64,000 bases of DNA from Candidatus Zhuqueibacterota bacterium (GTDB lineage Bacteria > Zhuqueibacterota > Zhuqueibacteria > Thermofontimicrobiales > Thermofontimicrobiaceae), in NCBI GenBank assembly GCA_049322915.1, contig JBMOPW010000003.1:21801-85800 (forward strand), written 5' to 3'. A program made the translations under genes and the position numbers. The notes beneath the pieces were generated by a model. It was not told where the DNA came from, did no database searches, and worked only from the letters and a program-made list of their open reading frames with translations. Shown in pieces: positions 51,055 through 62,603 of the stretch. Each line of letters starts with the position of its first letter. Position 1 is the first letter of the stretch.

Positions 51055-52419
51055 TTACTCTAATTTCGCAATGACATTTTCCAGCGTGGTTGTCGTCTGC
51101 TCCCCTGAAATCATGTTTTTCAGCATGACCTCATTTCTCGCCACTTCATCCGGCCCGAGAATGATGACGTAAGGGATTCCCTTTTTATCCGCATATTTGA
51201 ACTGCTTTTTCAGTCCGCCGGTCTCGAAAAAAACTTCAGTATTGATGCCTGCGTCGCGCAGCCGCCGGGTAATTTGCAGGCTCAGCTTTTTCGTGTCCTC
51301 GTCGAACATGGTCACCAAAACCTGGGTGGTCGTTTTGGTCTCCGGCAGCATATTCAGCTCGGTCATCACGTCTATGATGCGCTCGATGCCGATGGTGGTT
51401 CCTGTGGCCGGGATATTCCTTCCCAAAAACATGCCGACCAGTTCGTCGTACCGGCCGCCGCCGGTGAGACTGCCAATTTTTGGCCTTTCCACCACGGATT
51501 CGTAGATCGGGCCGGTGTAATAATTCAGCCCGCGCGCCAGGTACAGATCCAGCGTGTAATTATCTTCGGACACGCCCAGATCGTGAATGAGCGGAATCAA
51601 CTCTTCGAGTTCCAGAACGCCGGCCATGCCGATCTCCGAAACTTGCAGCAATTGGGTGATGTCGGAGAGAATCGTGTCCATTTCCCCGCTAATTTCCAAT
51701 ATGGGCAAAATCTTATCGATGCTCGGCTGAGGGATTTCCCGTTTCACAAGCTCTTCTTTCACACCATCCAGCCCGATTTTCTCCAGCTTGTCGATGGCGA
51801 TGCACACCTCCGTTCCCCGATCTGCCTGGACCCCGGCATATTCGACAATGCCGGAAAGGACTTTCCGATTGTTGATCCGGATTTTAAATTGCTCAAAGCC
51901 CAATGTCGACAGGATTTCATTGATGAGCGAAATGATCTCCGCATCGGCCATCATGGATGCGCTGCCTACGGTGTCGGCGTCGCACTGAAAGAATTCCCGG
52001 TAGCGGCCTTTTTGCGGTCGCTCGGCGCGCCATACCGGCTGGATCTGGTAGCGCTTGAACGGCAGGGTGATTTCGTTCTGATACATGGCAATGACGCGGC
52101 TGAGAGGCACAGTCAAATCGTAGCGCAGCGCATAATCGACGATGTCTTTGTAATCCCGAAATGTGAACTCGCTGATCTCCCGACCCACCTTCTCAATGTC
52201 CGTGCCCCGTTTCAGAATTTTGAAAATGAGTTGGTCGCCTTCATCGCCGTATTTGCCGGACAGAACCTCCAATTTCTCAATCGCCGGCGTTTCCAGCGGT
52301 TCATAGCCATGCTTCTCGAAAACGCGCTGAATGGTCTCCATCACCAATCTCCGCTTCAGCATTTTCTCCGGCAAAATATCGCGCATGCCTCTCGGCGTGC
52401 TCGGTTTGATAATTTCCAT
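51055..52419 (-). CDS. hisS: Histidine--tRNA ligase
   Basis: Class II aaRS motifs; N-terminus MEIIKPSTPRGMRDILPEKMLKRRLVMETIQRVFEKHGYEPLETP; start taken at ATG 52419 (GGAG RBS), though the track ORF starts with GTG at 52434. Confidence 0.9.
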   Translation of the reverse strand: MEIIKPSTPRGMRDILPEKMLKRRLVMETIQRVFEKHGYEPLETPAIEKLEVLSGKYGDEGDQLIFKILKRGTDIEKVGREISEFTFRDYKDIVDYALRYDLTVPLSRVIAMYQNEITLPFKRYQIQPVWRAERPQKGRYREFFQCDADTVGSASMMADAEIISLINEILSTLGFEQFKIRINNRKVLSGIVEYAGVQADRGTEVCIAIDKLEKIGLDGVKEELVKREIPQPSIDKILPILEISGEMDTILSDITQLLQVSEIGMAGVLELEELIPLIHDLGVSEDNYTLDLYLARGLNYYTGPIYESVVERPKIGSLTGGGRYDELVGMFLGRNIPATGTTIGIERIIDVMTELNMLPETKTTTQVLVTMFDEDTKKLSLQITRRLRDAGINTEVFFETGGLKKQFKYADKKGIPYVIILGPDEVARNEVMLKNMISGEQTTTTLENVIAKLE

Positions 52420-52879
52420 ACCTGATGTCTCCACAGTTGATTTTCAATCGCGAAAAAACCCCATCATCCACTGACAACAGGGTGTGGCGCTGCGTTTTTC
52501 AGCCAACACCGTGACTCATGACTGCGTCCCATCGACTCGGGCGTCTCCATAATTCCGCCCATCAATCGGTTTTTTTGCTGGTTAAAGTAAATATTTTTTT
52601 CTTATGATGCAAGAGATTTTTCCGGCAGGTTCCCCTTCTTTCAAAACCATGTTGCGGGAACATCAGCGCGCCGTCAGTGAAGCGCCCGTTGTCCCGGCTG
52701 CTGACCGGACATTCACCCGATACCTTCGGAAAAGTTATCAGGAATTTCATCTTCTCACAAATCCGGTCTTGCTTTTTTCAAGAAAATTATTATCTTATTT
52801 GGTGCGTTTTTCAAATGCGCAATCCCGAAGCTCCGTACGAGCTGCGAAGATAGTCACCCTCAATCCAGGGAGCTATTCC

Positions 52880-53602
52880 ATGAGAGCAACTATCCTTTTC
52901 CTGACGGTCGCCATCTTGCTGGCCGGTGCTCTGTCAACTTCGAACGGACAGGAAGCAGGGGAGATGAAGCGATCGGACTATGGCGTCTTCAGCTTCTGGC
53001 AGAGCGTGACGCTGCCCGGCGCGCCGGGGATCATCTACGATGCCATCACCGGGGATATCAGCGGATGGTGGGATCACACCTTCTCCGGAAAGCCGGCGCG
53101 TTTTTTCATCGAGCCCAAACCCGGCGGCGGCTTCTATCCTGAATTATTCATGAACTTGCTCAGAATTTGAGTCAACATTCAGATTTTCAATTAGCTAAAA
53201 GCTAAGCTATTTTGAAACTAAGTTTTTGTACGTTTATTCTAAAAAGAGCACCATTCAGGTTAGCCAGCCTCCTTTAAAAATACTATGAATAATGCAGGCT
53301 ATGAAATTTTTGATGAAAGCGGCGATGGCGTGTTACACGCCACGGTCATTTATGCCCAGCGCGGCAAACTGCTGCGGTTCGAGGGCCCGCTCGGCCTTTC
53401 CGGCAGAGCCGTGACGCTCGTGTGCAGCTATTCTTTCGCTGCGGTCGGCGCCGATTCCACAAAACTGATATTGGACGTCCATATAGCCGGTGAAATCGAT
53501 GCCGCCACAGCGCAGATCGTGAAAAGCGTCTGGCATCATTTCATCATCGAACAATTTAAACCCTACATCGAATTGGGCAAGCACCTGAAGAAAAAGGACT
53601 GA
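52880..53602 (+). pseudogene. Secreted SRPBCC (AHSA1/CalC-like) protein gene interrupted in-frame by a MITE insertion
   Basis: ORF 52880-53170 (MRATILFLTVAILLAGAL... IIYDAITGDISGWWDH ... KPGGGFY) and ORF 53285-53602 (EIFDESGDGVLHATVIYAQRGKLLRFEGPLG...) share one frame; removing 53139-53300 joins them into a single SRPBCC-like reading frame. Confidence 0.7.
53139..53298 (+). mobile_element. MITE family A copy 2, flanked by TA dinucleotides (candidate target-site duplication)
   Basis: TIR tcctgaattattcat / atgaataatgcaggc; TA at 53137-53138 and 53299-53300; matches 3249-3410 (inverted) and 56464-56616. Confidence 0.7.
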
Positions 53603-53605
53603 GTC

Positions 53606-56299
53606 ATGGTAAAGAAGCAGGTTCATGTCATCTCCCACACCCATTGGGATCGCGAATGGTACATGACGTTTCAGCAGTATCGTCTGAAACTGGTCGACCT
53701 CATCGACACCCTCCTCGATCTGCTGGAGAAAAATTCCGACTATCGCTATTTTCATCTGGACGGTCAGACGGTTGTGCTGGACGATTATTTTGAAATTCGG
53801 CCGGAGAACAGGCCGCGACTGGAAAGCCTTGTGCGGCAGGGGCGCGTTTTAATCGGTCCCTGGTATGTCCTGTGCGACGAATTCCTGGTCAGCGGCGAAT
53901 CCATTGTTCGTAATTTGCTATTGGGACATGCCATGGCCGGCGCCCTGGGAAAGGTCATGAAAGTCGGGTATGTCATCGATGCCTTCGGGCATATTTCGCA
54001 GATGCCCCAGATTTTTGCCAACTTCGAAATCGACAATGCCATCATGTGGCGCGGCGTGGGCGGCCCGGATTTCAAATCTGAATTTTACTGGCGTTCCCCG
54101 GATGGCTCCACTGTCCTCACTTACAAGGTGCAGGATGTGGGCGGCTATTGTTACGGCGTGTTTCTACCTTCAGAACCGGAGGCGTTGCAGCAGCGACTTG
54201 CCGCCATTTTGCAGGAGCGGCAGCGCCACGCCACCACCGACCATCTCGTGGTGATGAACGGCTGCGACCATATCGAACCCCAGCCCAATTTGCCGGCCAT
54301 CATCGAATTGGCCAACCAGATCGAACCGGACGCGAATATTTTTCACAGCACCATTCCGGAGCTGTTCGCCCGCCTGAAAGAGGACGTGAAAGGAATTCCC
54401 ATGTTGAAAGGCGAGCTGCGGGACAATCAGCATGTCAATCTCCTGGCTGGCACGATTTCCTCGCGCATGTATTTGAAAAAAGCGAACAACGACTCCCAGA
54501 CGCTGTTGGAGCGATTTGTCGAGCCGCTCGCCGCAATTGCCTGGACGCTGAGCGGCCGCTATCCTCAGGCGCAAATCTGGCAGTCATGGAAATATCTCAT
54601 GCAAAATCAACCTCACGACGACATCTGCGGTTGCAGCGTGGATGCGGTCCACGAACAGATGCAGACGCGATTTGCCTGGTCCCGGGAAATTGCCCATGAT
54701 CTCATCGACCGCAGTTTCTACACCATTTTTAATACGCCGGATCTGAACGCGCTTGATGCCCGGCAGGCGGATATCATCCTGTTCAACCCGTTAGGCTGGA
54801 AGCGGAGTGAAGTGGTGACCGGCCGCGCAGATTTCCCGGCCGACACGGAAATCTTCTCCATCGCTGTATCGTCTGCCGATGCAGCAACTGTTCCCTGTCA
54901 GGTGGAGAGCATCCGCGTCGTCGAAAAATTGCAGGTCGACCCGCGTTTCGGGCCGATGTCGGTGATGGTGAAGCAGGTGACTTTCTCTTTTCTGGCTGAA
55001 AATATTCCATCGTGCGGGTATAAATTGTACCATGTCATTCCGGCGGCGGACCTGGCCGAACCAGCCACGGATCTGGTCGTTGAAAATTTCTCCGCGGAAA
55101 ATACATTCCTCAAAATACGATTCCGCCCGGAGGGGACATTTGATGTGCTCAATAAAACGACGTCCCAGACCTATTCCAATTGCAATCTGTTCGAAGATGG
55201 TGGCGACAGCGGGGATGAGTACACCTATTCGTTTCCGATGAAAGATCGGCTCATTTATGGATTTGAAACACCGCCGCAAATTTCCATCGAGCAGCAGGGG
55301 CCGGTGAAGGCTGTCTTCATGATCAAGGGAAATTTGAAACTGCCGGAGTCGCTCAATCCGGATTTTCAGTCCCGAAGCGATGCAGAAGTTACCTGCCCGG
55401 TCATCAGTCGAGTCGCGATCCATTCCAAAACCCGATACATACAAATTTCCACGGAGATCGATAATCGCGCAAAAGATCACCGGCTGCGGGTCCTGTTTCC
55501 CAGCCAGATTCGCGCGGAATTCTCATTCGCCGGCGGCAACTTCGATGTGATCAGCCGGAAAATTGCGCTGCCGCCCAGGAAGGGGTGGATGGAAGACCCC
55601 ATTCCCACGCATCCATTCCAGCATTTTGTTTCCATCAACGACGCCGGCCGCGGTCTGACCATTGCCAGCCCGGATGTGACGGAGTTCGAGGTGAAGCGGA
55701 CGCCGGAAAGTCCCATAGCCCTCACTCTGTTGCGCTGCGTTGGGTCTCTGGCCAGGTTCGATCTCATGACGCGCAAAGGCCGGGATGGCTGGCGTTTCAA
55801 AACGCCCGGCGGGCAATGCCCCGGCGTCCATCAATTTTCATACGCCATCATTCCCCATGCCGGCAACTGGCTCAGCGACGAAAGCCACACCCTGGCGTTC
55901 AACAACTCCACGCCGATGCTCACGAAACAGATTCGGAAGAAGCCGGAGCAATTGCCGGAGACTGGGGCCTTTCTCACTGTTCAGCCGGCGGAACTGGTGC
56001 TGTCCTGCCTGAAACGCAGCGAACACAACGATGCCATCATCATTCGCATGTACAATATTTCCAACCGGGATGTGGCCGGACGAATACACTTCTTCCAGCG
56101 GATTTCCACCGCGCGAATCGTGACCATGGCCGAAGAGCCGGTGAGCCATGGGGAACTGGTGATTGACAACAACCACACCCTGTCGGTGAATTTCCCGGGA
56201 AACAAAATTTTGACAATTGAGCTGTTCATTGCTGAAACCGAATTGCGCAAGGAAGAGTTTTTCCCGCCCATTCATAAAATTATGGAGATGCAGGGATAG
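53606..56299 (+). CDS. Glycoside hydrolase family 38 alpha-mannosidase-like protein
   Basis: 897-aa ORF; N-terminal GH38 signature VHVISHTHWDREW; AAGGA RBS. Confidence 0.9.
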   Translation: MVKKQVHVISHTHWDREWYMTFQQYRLKLVDLIDTLLDLLEKNSDYRYFHLDGQTVVLDDYFEIRPENRPRLESLVRQGRVLIGPWYVLCDEFLVSGESIVRNLLLGHAMAGALGKVMKVGYVIDAFGHISQMPQIFANFEIDNAIMWRGVGGPDFKSEFYWRSPDGSTVLTYKVQDVGGYCYGVFLPSEPEALQQRLAAILQERQRHATTDHLVVMNGCDHIEPQPNLPAIIELANQIEPDANIFHSTIPELFARLKEDVKGIPMLKGELRDNQHVNLLAGTISSRMYLKKANNDSQTLLERFVEPLAAIAWTLSGRYPQAQIWQSWKYLMQNQPHDDICGCSVDAVHEQMQTRFAWSREIAHDLIDRSFYTIFNTPDLNALDARQADIILFNPLGWKRSEVVTGRADFPADTEIFSIAVSSADAATVPCQVESIRVVEKLQVDPRFGPMSVMVKQVTFSFLAENIPSCGYKLYHVIPAADLAEPATDLVVENFSAENTFLKIRFRPEGTFDVLNKTTSQTYSNCNLFEDGGDSGDEYTYSFPMKDRLIYGFETPPQISIEQQGPVKAVFMIKGNLKLPESLNPDFQSRSDAEVTCPVISRVAIHSKTRYIQISTEIDNRAKDHRLRVLFPSQIRAEFSFAGGNFDVISRKIALPPRKGWMEDPIPTHPFQHFVSINDAGRGLTIASPDVTEFEVKRTPESPIALTLLRCVGSLARFDLMTRKGRDGWRFKTPGGQCPGVHQFSYAIIPHAGNWLSDESHTLAFNNSTPMLTKQIRKKPEQLPETGAFLTVQPAELVLSCLKRSEHNDAIIIRMYNISNRDVAGRIHFFQRISTARIVTMAEEPVSHGELVIDNNHTLSVNFPGNKILTIELFIAETELRKEEFFPPIHKIMEMQG

Positions 56300-56463
56300 C
56301 TCCGCGTTTTGACCTGTTGAACCGGTGATCCGTATCGTGTCTGTGGCTGTTTTGGCCTGATTTTTTAATCTCAAATAAAGCAATAGAAATTTGAAGAATT
56401 ACCACCAGGACTCGAAGTCGCTACGTATCACTAATGAAAACAGAAGCTGTTTAGCCTGAATTA

Positions 56464-56616
56464 TTCATGAATTCTCCAATAGGCCAACTTAACATTATGT
56501 TTTCATAATGTGTGAATGTATATGCAAAATCAAACTCAGTTTTATATTCAAATTTTAAATTTATGCACCATTCAGGTTATCCCGCTTCCTTTAAAAATAC
56601 AATGAATAATGCGGGT
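56464..56616 (+). mobile_element. MITE family A copy 3 (diverged interior), about 140 bp upstream of the ABC ATPase gene
   Basis: Both termini match copy 2 (gcctgaattattcatgaa ... caccattcaggtta.cc.gc.tcctttaaaaatac.atgaataatgc.gg); TA flanks at 56462-56463 and 56617-56618. Confidence 0.55.
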
Positions 56617-56756
56617 TAGAAATTTTTAGACAAAAAAATGAAAAAGTTTTCTCATAAAGTTGATAATAACATTTTGTAAATTCATTCTTTGAGTCTTAGC
56701 GCCTTTGTGGCTATTGCATTATCCGGGTTGATAACCTATTCATCCGAAAAGCGACC

Positions 56757-57734
<978 letters not shown>

Positions 57735-57946
57735 ACGATTGGTTGGGCCGATTCCTGACCTGATCTTTCACCACCTTTTCTCCTGTCGATGGACGCTGAA
57801 ATGCTGCGCGTTCGCGGAAATCAGCTCCGCCACAGCATCGCCGGCCCAAGATATTCGCGCGTTGTGAGGACTAAAATTTGAACAGGAACCGATAACTAAA
57901 ACGCCCTGGTTTGGGAGTAATGTTAAATGAAAAAGATGAACGTGTT

Positions 57947-58741
57947 ATGACCGAAAAACAAACTGCAATTCATGCAGCGACCGAAGCTGCAAAGTACTTC
58001 AAACAACATCTGGGCAAGATTTCCAGCCTGGATATTTCGAATAAAAGCCCCTTTGATTTCGTGACTGAGATCGACAAGCAGTGCGAGCAACGCATCATCG
58101 AAATCATTTCGCGGGAATTTCCGGAGCATGAAATTCTTGCAGAAGAGACCGGCGCGTCCGTCCAGAAAAATTCGCATCGGTGGATTATCGATCCGCTGGA
58201 TGGCACGACCAATTTCATTCACGGCTTGCCCCACAGCGCGGTGTCCATTGCTCATGAAATTGACGGCAGCGTCGTGCTGGGCGTTGTCTACGATCCCTAT
58301 CGGGATGAGCTTTTTTTTGCAGAAAAAGGCTGTGGCGCGTATTGTAACAATGCTCGTCTGCACGTATCTGCCCGGAATGATTTAACTCAATGTCTCATTG
58401 CCACTGGCTTTCCATTTCGCAACAAACATCTGCTGACAAGCTACTGGGAGGCGCTATCGAAAATTTTCCTCGCAGTCAGCGGCATCCGCCGGACCGGTTC
58501 GGCGACGCTGGATTTAGCCTATGTCGCCTTTGGCCGATTCGATGGATTCTGGGAATTGAGGCTGAGCCCGTGGGATATCGCTGCCGGCCATCTCATCATC
58601 AAAGAGGCGGGAGGGATGATCAGCGATTTTAACGGGGATCAAAATCACATCCGCGAAGGAAATGTGGTGGCGGGCAATGCATGCGCCCATGCATTCATCC
58701 TTGAGACGGTGCAATCCGTATTTGGCGACAGCCGAATTTAG
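57947..58741 (+). CDS. Inositol monophosphatase family protein (SuhB-like)
   Basis: Motifs WIIDPLDGTTNF and metal-binding region; start placed at ATG 57947, but ATG 57921 or the track TTG 57911 are possible. Confidence 0.85.
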   Translation: MTEKQTAIHAATEAAKYFKQHLGKISSLDISNKSPFDFVTEIDKQCEQRIIEIISREFPEHEILAEETGASVQKNSHRWIIDPLDGTTNFIHGLPHSAVSIAHEIDGSVVLGVVYDPYRDELFFAEKGCGAYCNNARLHVSARNDLTQCLIATGFPFRNKHLLTSYWEALSKIFLAVSGIRRTGSATLDLAYVAFGRFDGFWELRLSPWDIAAGHLIIKEAGGMISDFNGDQNHIREGNVVAGNACAHAFILETVQSVFGDSRI

Positions 58742-58780
58742 TGACAAAATGCTCGGGACCTGAACCAATGCAGATTATTC

Positions 58781-60148
58781 ATGCGTGAAAAACCAATTCT
58801 TCTGATTATCGATGACGACTCTGTGTCGCTACGCTTTTTCTCTGATCTCTTCACGGCCTCCGGTTACGATGTGTTGTCAGCCGATTCCGGTGAAAAAGGG
58901 CTGAATCTGTTTCGCGAGAGAACGATCGATGTCATCATTCTCGATCTGAACATACTGGATTATCACGGTCTTGACGTCGTCGATTCAATCCTGCAGTTGA
59001 ACCCGAGGCAGCCGATCATCATCATTGCCGGACATGGCGCCATTGAAAATGTCGTCCAGGCGACCAAATCCGGGGTTTTTGATTTATTGGAAAAACCGGT
59101 GGAGCCGGAGCGGATTTTATTGTCTATAAAAAACGCAATTGAAAAGACGCGGCTGCTGCACGAGCGGAATCAGCTCATCCGACAGCCGGAGAGACGCTAC
59201 AAAATGGTGGGCGTCAGCGCGGCCATGCAGCACATTTTTCAGATCATCGACAGAGTTGCGCCCACGGATACCAGGGTCCTGATCTCCGGCGAGAGTGGGA
59301 CAGGCAAGGATCTGGTGGCGCAGGCCATTCACCTGAACAGCCTCCGCGCCGATAAAAATTTTCAGCCTGTGAATTGCGCATCGATACCGAATGAACTGGT
59401 CGAGAGCGAGTTATTCGGGCACACAAAAGGCTCGTTCACCGACGCCCGGAATGAAAAAATGGGCACCTTTCAGTTAGCTGATAAAGGCACCCTGTTCCTG
59501 GATGAAATCGGTGATTTGAGCCTCATGGCCCAGGCAAAGGTGCTGCGGGCGATCGAACACGGTGAATTCTCCCCAATCGGCGGCACTTCAACCATCATTG
59601 TGGACGTACGAATTATCTGCGCTACCAATAAAAATCTCGATGACATGATCAAGGCGCATTCGTTCCGGGACGATCTTTTCCATCGGATCAACGGCATGGC
59701 CATTCACATCCCTCCGTTACGAGAACGGCGGGAGGATATCGCTCCGCTTTGCGCTCACTTTTTGGACCAGATTTTGAAAAAAAACAATCTGCCGCCGAAG
59801 CGCTTCACGCATGATGCTATCGAACTGATCAGCGACCAGCCGTGGAACGGTAATGTCCGGCAATTGAGAAATTTCATGGAGCAGATTTGCGTGCTGTCCG
59901 ACGCCGAAGTGATCACAGCCCAGATAGTTGCGAAACTGCTGAATATAAAAAATCTCTATTCCGAGACTATGGAAATAGAAAATTTTCAGGAAGCCCGGGC
60001 GAATTTTGAAAAAAATTATCTGCTCAAAAATTTGATAAAATTCAATTGGAATGTGACGGTAACAGCGGAGAAAATCGGGCTGGAACGGACATCGTTGCAT
60101 CGAAAAATGAGACGATACGGGATAAACGATCGAGGCGAATCCCGCTGA
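58781..60148 (+). CDS. Sigma-54-dependent response regulator (NtrC family: receiver + AAA+ + Fis-type HTH)
   Basis: Receiver LLIIDDD...VIILDLNI; AAA+ Walker A GESGTGKDL; sigma54-contact region ESELFGHTKGSFTDA (GAFTGA variant); C-terminal HTH. Confidence 0.9.
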   Translation: MREKPILLIIDDDSVSLRFFSDLFTASGYDVLSADSGEKGLNLFRERTIDVIILDLNILDYHGLDVVDSILQLNPRQPIIIIAGHGAIENVVQATKSGVFDLLEKPVEPERILLSIKNAIEKTRLLHERNQLIRQPERRYKMVGVSAAMQHIFQIIDRVAPTDTRVLISGESGTGKDLVAQAIHLNSLRADKNFQPVNCASIPNELVESELFGHTKGSFTDARNEKMGTFQLADKGTLFLDEIGDLSLMAQAKVLRAIEHGEFSPIGGTSTIIVDVRIICATNKNLDDMIKAHSFRDDLFHRINGMAIHIPPLRERREDIAPLCAHFLDQILKKNNLPPKRFTHDAIELISDQPWNGNVRQLRNFMEQICVLSDAEVITAQIVAKLLNIKNLYSETMEIENFQEARANFEKNYLLKNLIKFNWNVTVTAEKIGLERTSLHRKMRRYGINDRGESR

Positions 60149-60270
60149 GCATTGTCCAGCCGAAACGCCTTCCCTGATCCGATGAAGCAATTTTACGAAT
60201 GCCCGGCGCAGGCGCACGAGAACTGCCCAAATGGGATGATTTTCATTTATCACAAATCAAGGAGTGACCC

Positions 60271-61542
60271 ATGAATCGATTAGCCACAATCGAGCACACC
60301 TATCAAATCGCAAAAGAACTCTATGCCGAAAATGGCGTTGATACCGACGCTGCTCTGGACAAACTCAATCGCATCGCCATTTCGCTGCATTGCTGGCAGA
60401 CCGATGATGTCGTTGGACTGGAATCGCCCGAAGCGCAATTGACCGGCGGCGGCATTCAGGTGACCGGGAACTATCCCGGCAAGGCCAGAAATATCGACGA
60501 AATACGGATGGATCTGAAAAAAGTAGTGTCGCTGCTCCCCGGGACATTTCGGTTGAACCTCCATGCGATCTATGGTGAATTCGGCGGGAAGAGAGTCGAC
60601 CGCGACGCCGTTGTGCCGGAGCACTTTCAGGGGTGGATCGATTGGGCGCGGCAGAATGACTTCAAACTGGATTTTAACGCCTCCTGTTTTTCTCATCCGA
60701 AATCGAATGATGGCTTCACATTGAGCAGCAAAAATGACGCATACCGGCGATTCTGGATTGAGCATGTGAAACACTGCCGCGAAATCAGCGCGGTGATGGG
60801 CCGCCAGCAGAACTCACCGTGCGTCCATAACCTGTGGATCCCCGACGGCTCCAAAGACAACACTGTGGATCGTTGGACGCATCGGAGCCTGTTGAAAGAA
60901 TCGCTGGATGATATCTTCGAAACGCGCTACATGCCGACCGAAATGAAAGACTCGCTGGAGAGCAAATTGTTCGGCATTGGCAGCGAGTCCTTCGTGGTCG
61001 GCTCATTTGATTTTTACCTGGGATACGCCATGTCCCGCGGTCACATGATGTGTCTGGACATGGGGCACTTTCATCCTACTGAATCCATCGGCGATAAAAT
61101 TTCCTCGATTATGCAATTCTCGGACGAGATGCTTTTCCATGTCAGCCGCGGCGTGCGCTGGGATAGCGATCATGTCCCGACGCTCTCCGATGAGCTGCGC
61201 TGCGTTGCCGAAGAAATTGTGCGGGCCGATGTGCTGCATCGGGTTAACTTTGCGACTGACTTTTTCGATGGGAGCATCAATCGGATCGGCGCGTATGTCA
61301 CCGGCGTGCGGTCGTTGCTCAAAGCGCTGCTCATCGCCCTGCTGGAGCCGCGAGCCGCTCTGCTGACCGCAGAAAATAATCAGAACCATTTTGTCCGGCT
61401 GGCTTTGCTGGAAGAAGCGAAGGCATTGCCATTCGGCGCGGTGTGGGATTTTTACTGTCTGAAAAAAGATGTCGCCCCGGGCAATACATGGATCAACGAC
61501 GTGCTTCAGTATGAGAATGAAGTCCTGTCAAAGCGATCCTGA
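60271..61542 (+). CDS. rhaA: L-rhamnose isomerase
   Basis: 423-aa ORF collinear by eye with E. coli RhaA (SLHCWQ, TGNYPGKARN, RLNLHAIY, CLDMGHFHPTE, VRWDSDHV); AAGGAG RBS. Confidence 0.95.
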   Translation: MNRLATIEHTYQIAKELYAENGVDTDAALDKLNRIAISLHCWQTDDVVGLESPEAQLTGGGIQVTGNYPGKARNIDEIRMDLKKVVSLLPGTFRLNLHAIYGEFGGKRVDRDAVVPEHFQGWIDWARQNDFKLDFNASCFSHPKSNDGFTLSSKNDAYRRFWIEHVKHCREISAVMGRQQNSPCVHNLWIPDGSKDNTVDRWTHRSLLKESLDDIFETRYMPTEMKDSLESKLFGIGSESFVVGSFDFYLGYAMSRGHMMCLDMGHFHPTESIGDKISSIMQFSDEMLFHVSRGVRWDSDHVPTLSDELRCVAEEIVRADVLHRVNFATDFFDGSINRIGAYVTGVRSLLKALLIALLEPRAALLTAENNQNHFVRLALLEEAKALPFGAVWDFYCLKKDVAPGNTWINDVLQYENEVLSKRS

Positions 61543-61917
61543 AATTTCAGTCGGACCATTTTGTGATACGAACAGGCTGGCAGAGCCCAACGCGGCGCTG
61601 TGTTCTGTCGGCCACTGTTCATGAAACGCAATACGGCCGGCGCGGTCTGAGCACAATTTTATACGCGCGCGATTGCCCGACTCCATCGCATTTACCGCGC
61701 TCGATTTGCCGTATCGAACTTTCTTTTCCCTCAAACCTGCTGCACTATCAAGTCCGCACTCTGAACAAACGGACAGTTGTATTCCACCATCAGGTTTCGA
61801 CTGAAATGAAATTTAAATTTTTCCAATTTTTGTGAAACTTTCAAACTGTGTCGGGCGTAAGAGTAGCATTGTTTTTTCATGAAAGGATATACCGACCGGT
61901 AAGTAAATAAAAATATT

Positions 61918-62517
61918 ATGAGTGATCTGAAAAAAAATTTAAATAGCAATACGCGGAAGAAAATATTCCAGGTCTCGGCCAGGCTATTCGCCGAAAAAGG
62001 ATACAATGGCGTATCCATGCGGGAAATATCCGAGCATTCGGGCGTTACCAAACCCACGATTTATTATTATTTTGAGAATAAAGAGGGAATATACAAAGCC
62101 CTGGTCGAACGAGGTTTATTCGAAGCCGTGCGCGCAATGGAAAAAGTCGATCGGTTGGAAATCCCGGCCAAACAAAAATTGATTGAATTGACCAAATTGC
62201 GGTTTCGCTCGGTTTTAAAACATCCCGAGTTTTCCAAGTTTTTCATGTCGCTGATTTTCACAGTCGAGCAGTTGCCTTTTCTGGAGCGATATACATTTCT
62301 CGTTGAGCAACACAGACAGCGGTTTCTCAACATCATTCAGGATGGCATCAACTCCAATGAGTTCGGCGCAAGCGCCAAACCGGAGCTTGCTGTGGAAATC
62401 ATTGGCGGCGTTATTTTCTACTATGTCATTCAGCAATTGAAGAGCGAAAAAAAAATCCTGACCGATCAACTGGCCGAGGATATCATCGATTTAATTTTCA
62501 AAGGTTTGAACGAATAG
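61918..62517 (+). CDS. TetR/AcrR-family transcriptional regulator
   Basis: N-terminal HTH KKIFQVSARLFAEKGYNGVSMREISEHSGVTKPTIYYYFENKEGIY. Confidence 0.9.
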   Translation: MSDLKKNLNSNTRKKIFQVSARLFAEKGYNGVSMREISEHSGVTKPTIYYYFENKEGIYKALVERGLFEAVRAMEKVDRLEIPAKQKLIELTKLRFRSVLKHPEFSKFFMSLIFTVEQLPFLERYTFLVEQHRQRFLNIIQDGINSNEFGASAKPELAVEIIGGVIFYYVIQQLKSEKKILTDQLAEDIIDLIFKGLNE

Positions 62518-62603
62518 GATCACGAGAAAATCTTGCTCAGTTTTAATTATACTCTTTACAGAACTTATACTCAATGACGAGGATTTTAATAATGGAGGCT
62601 GCG

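Noticed and set aside
52480-52500. Possible sigma-54 promoter (TGGCGC-N5-TTTTC) upstream of the SRPBCC gene
   Set aside because: The -12 element lacks the conserved GC dinucleotide; the match is too weak.
52604-52879. 92-codon N-terminal extension of the SRPBCC ORF in the track (start 52604)
   Set aside because: The extension has no protein-like composition, whereas ATG 52880 is preceded by a GGGAG RBS and begins a canonical signal peptide. Similar upstream TTG/GTG extensions were trimmed for the genes now starting at 23248, 27809, 28470, 30872, 39739, 42123, 51055..52419 and 57947.
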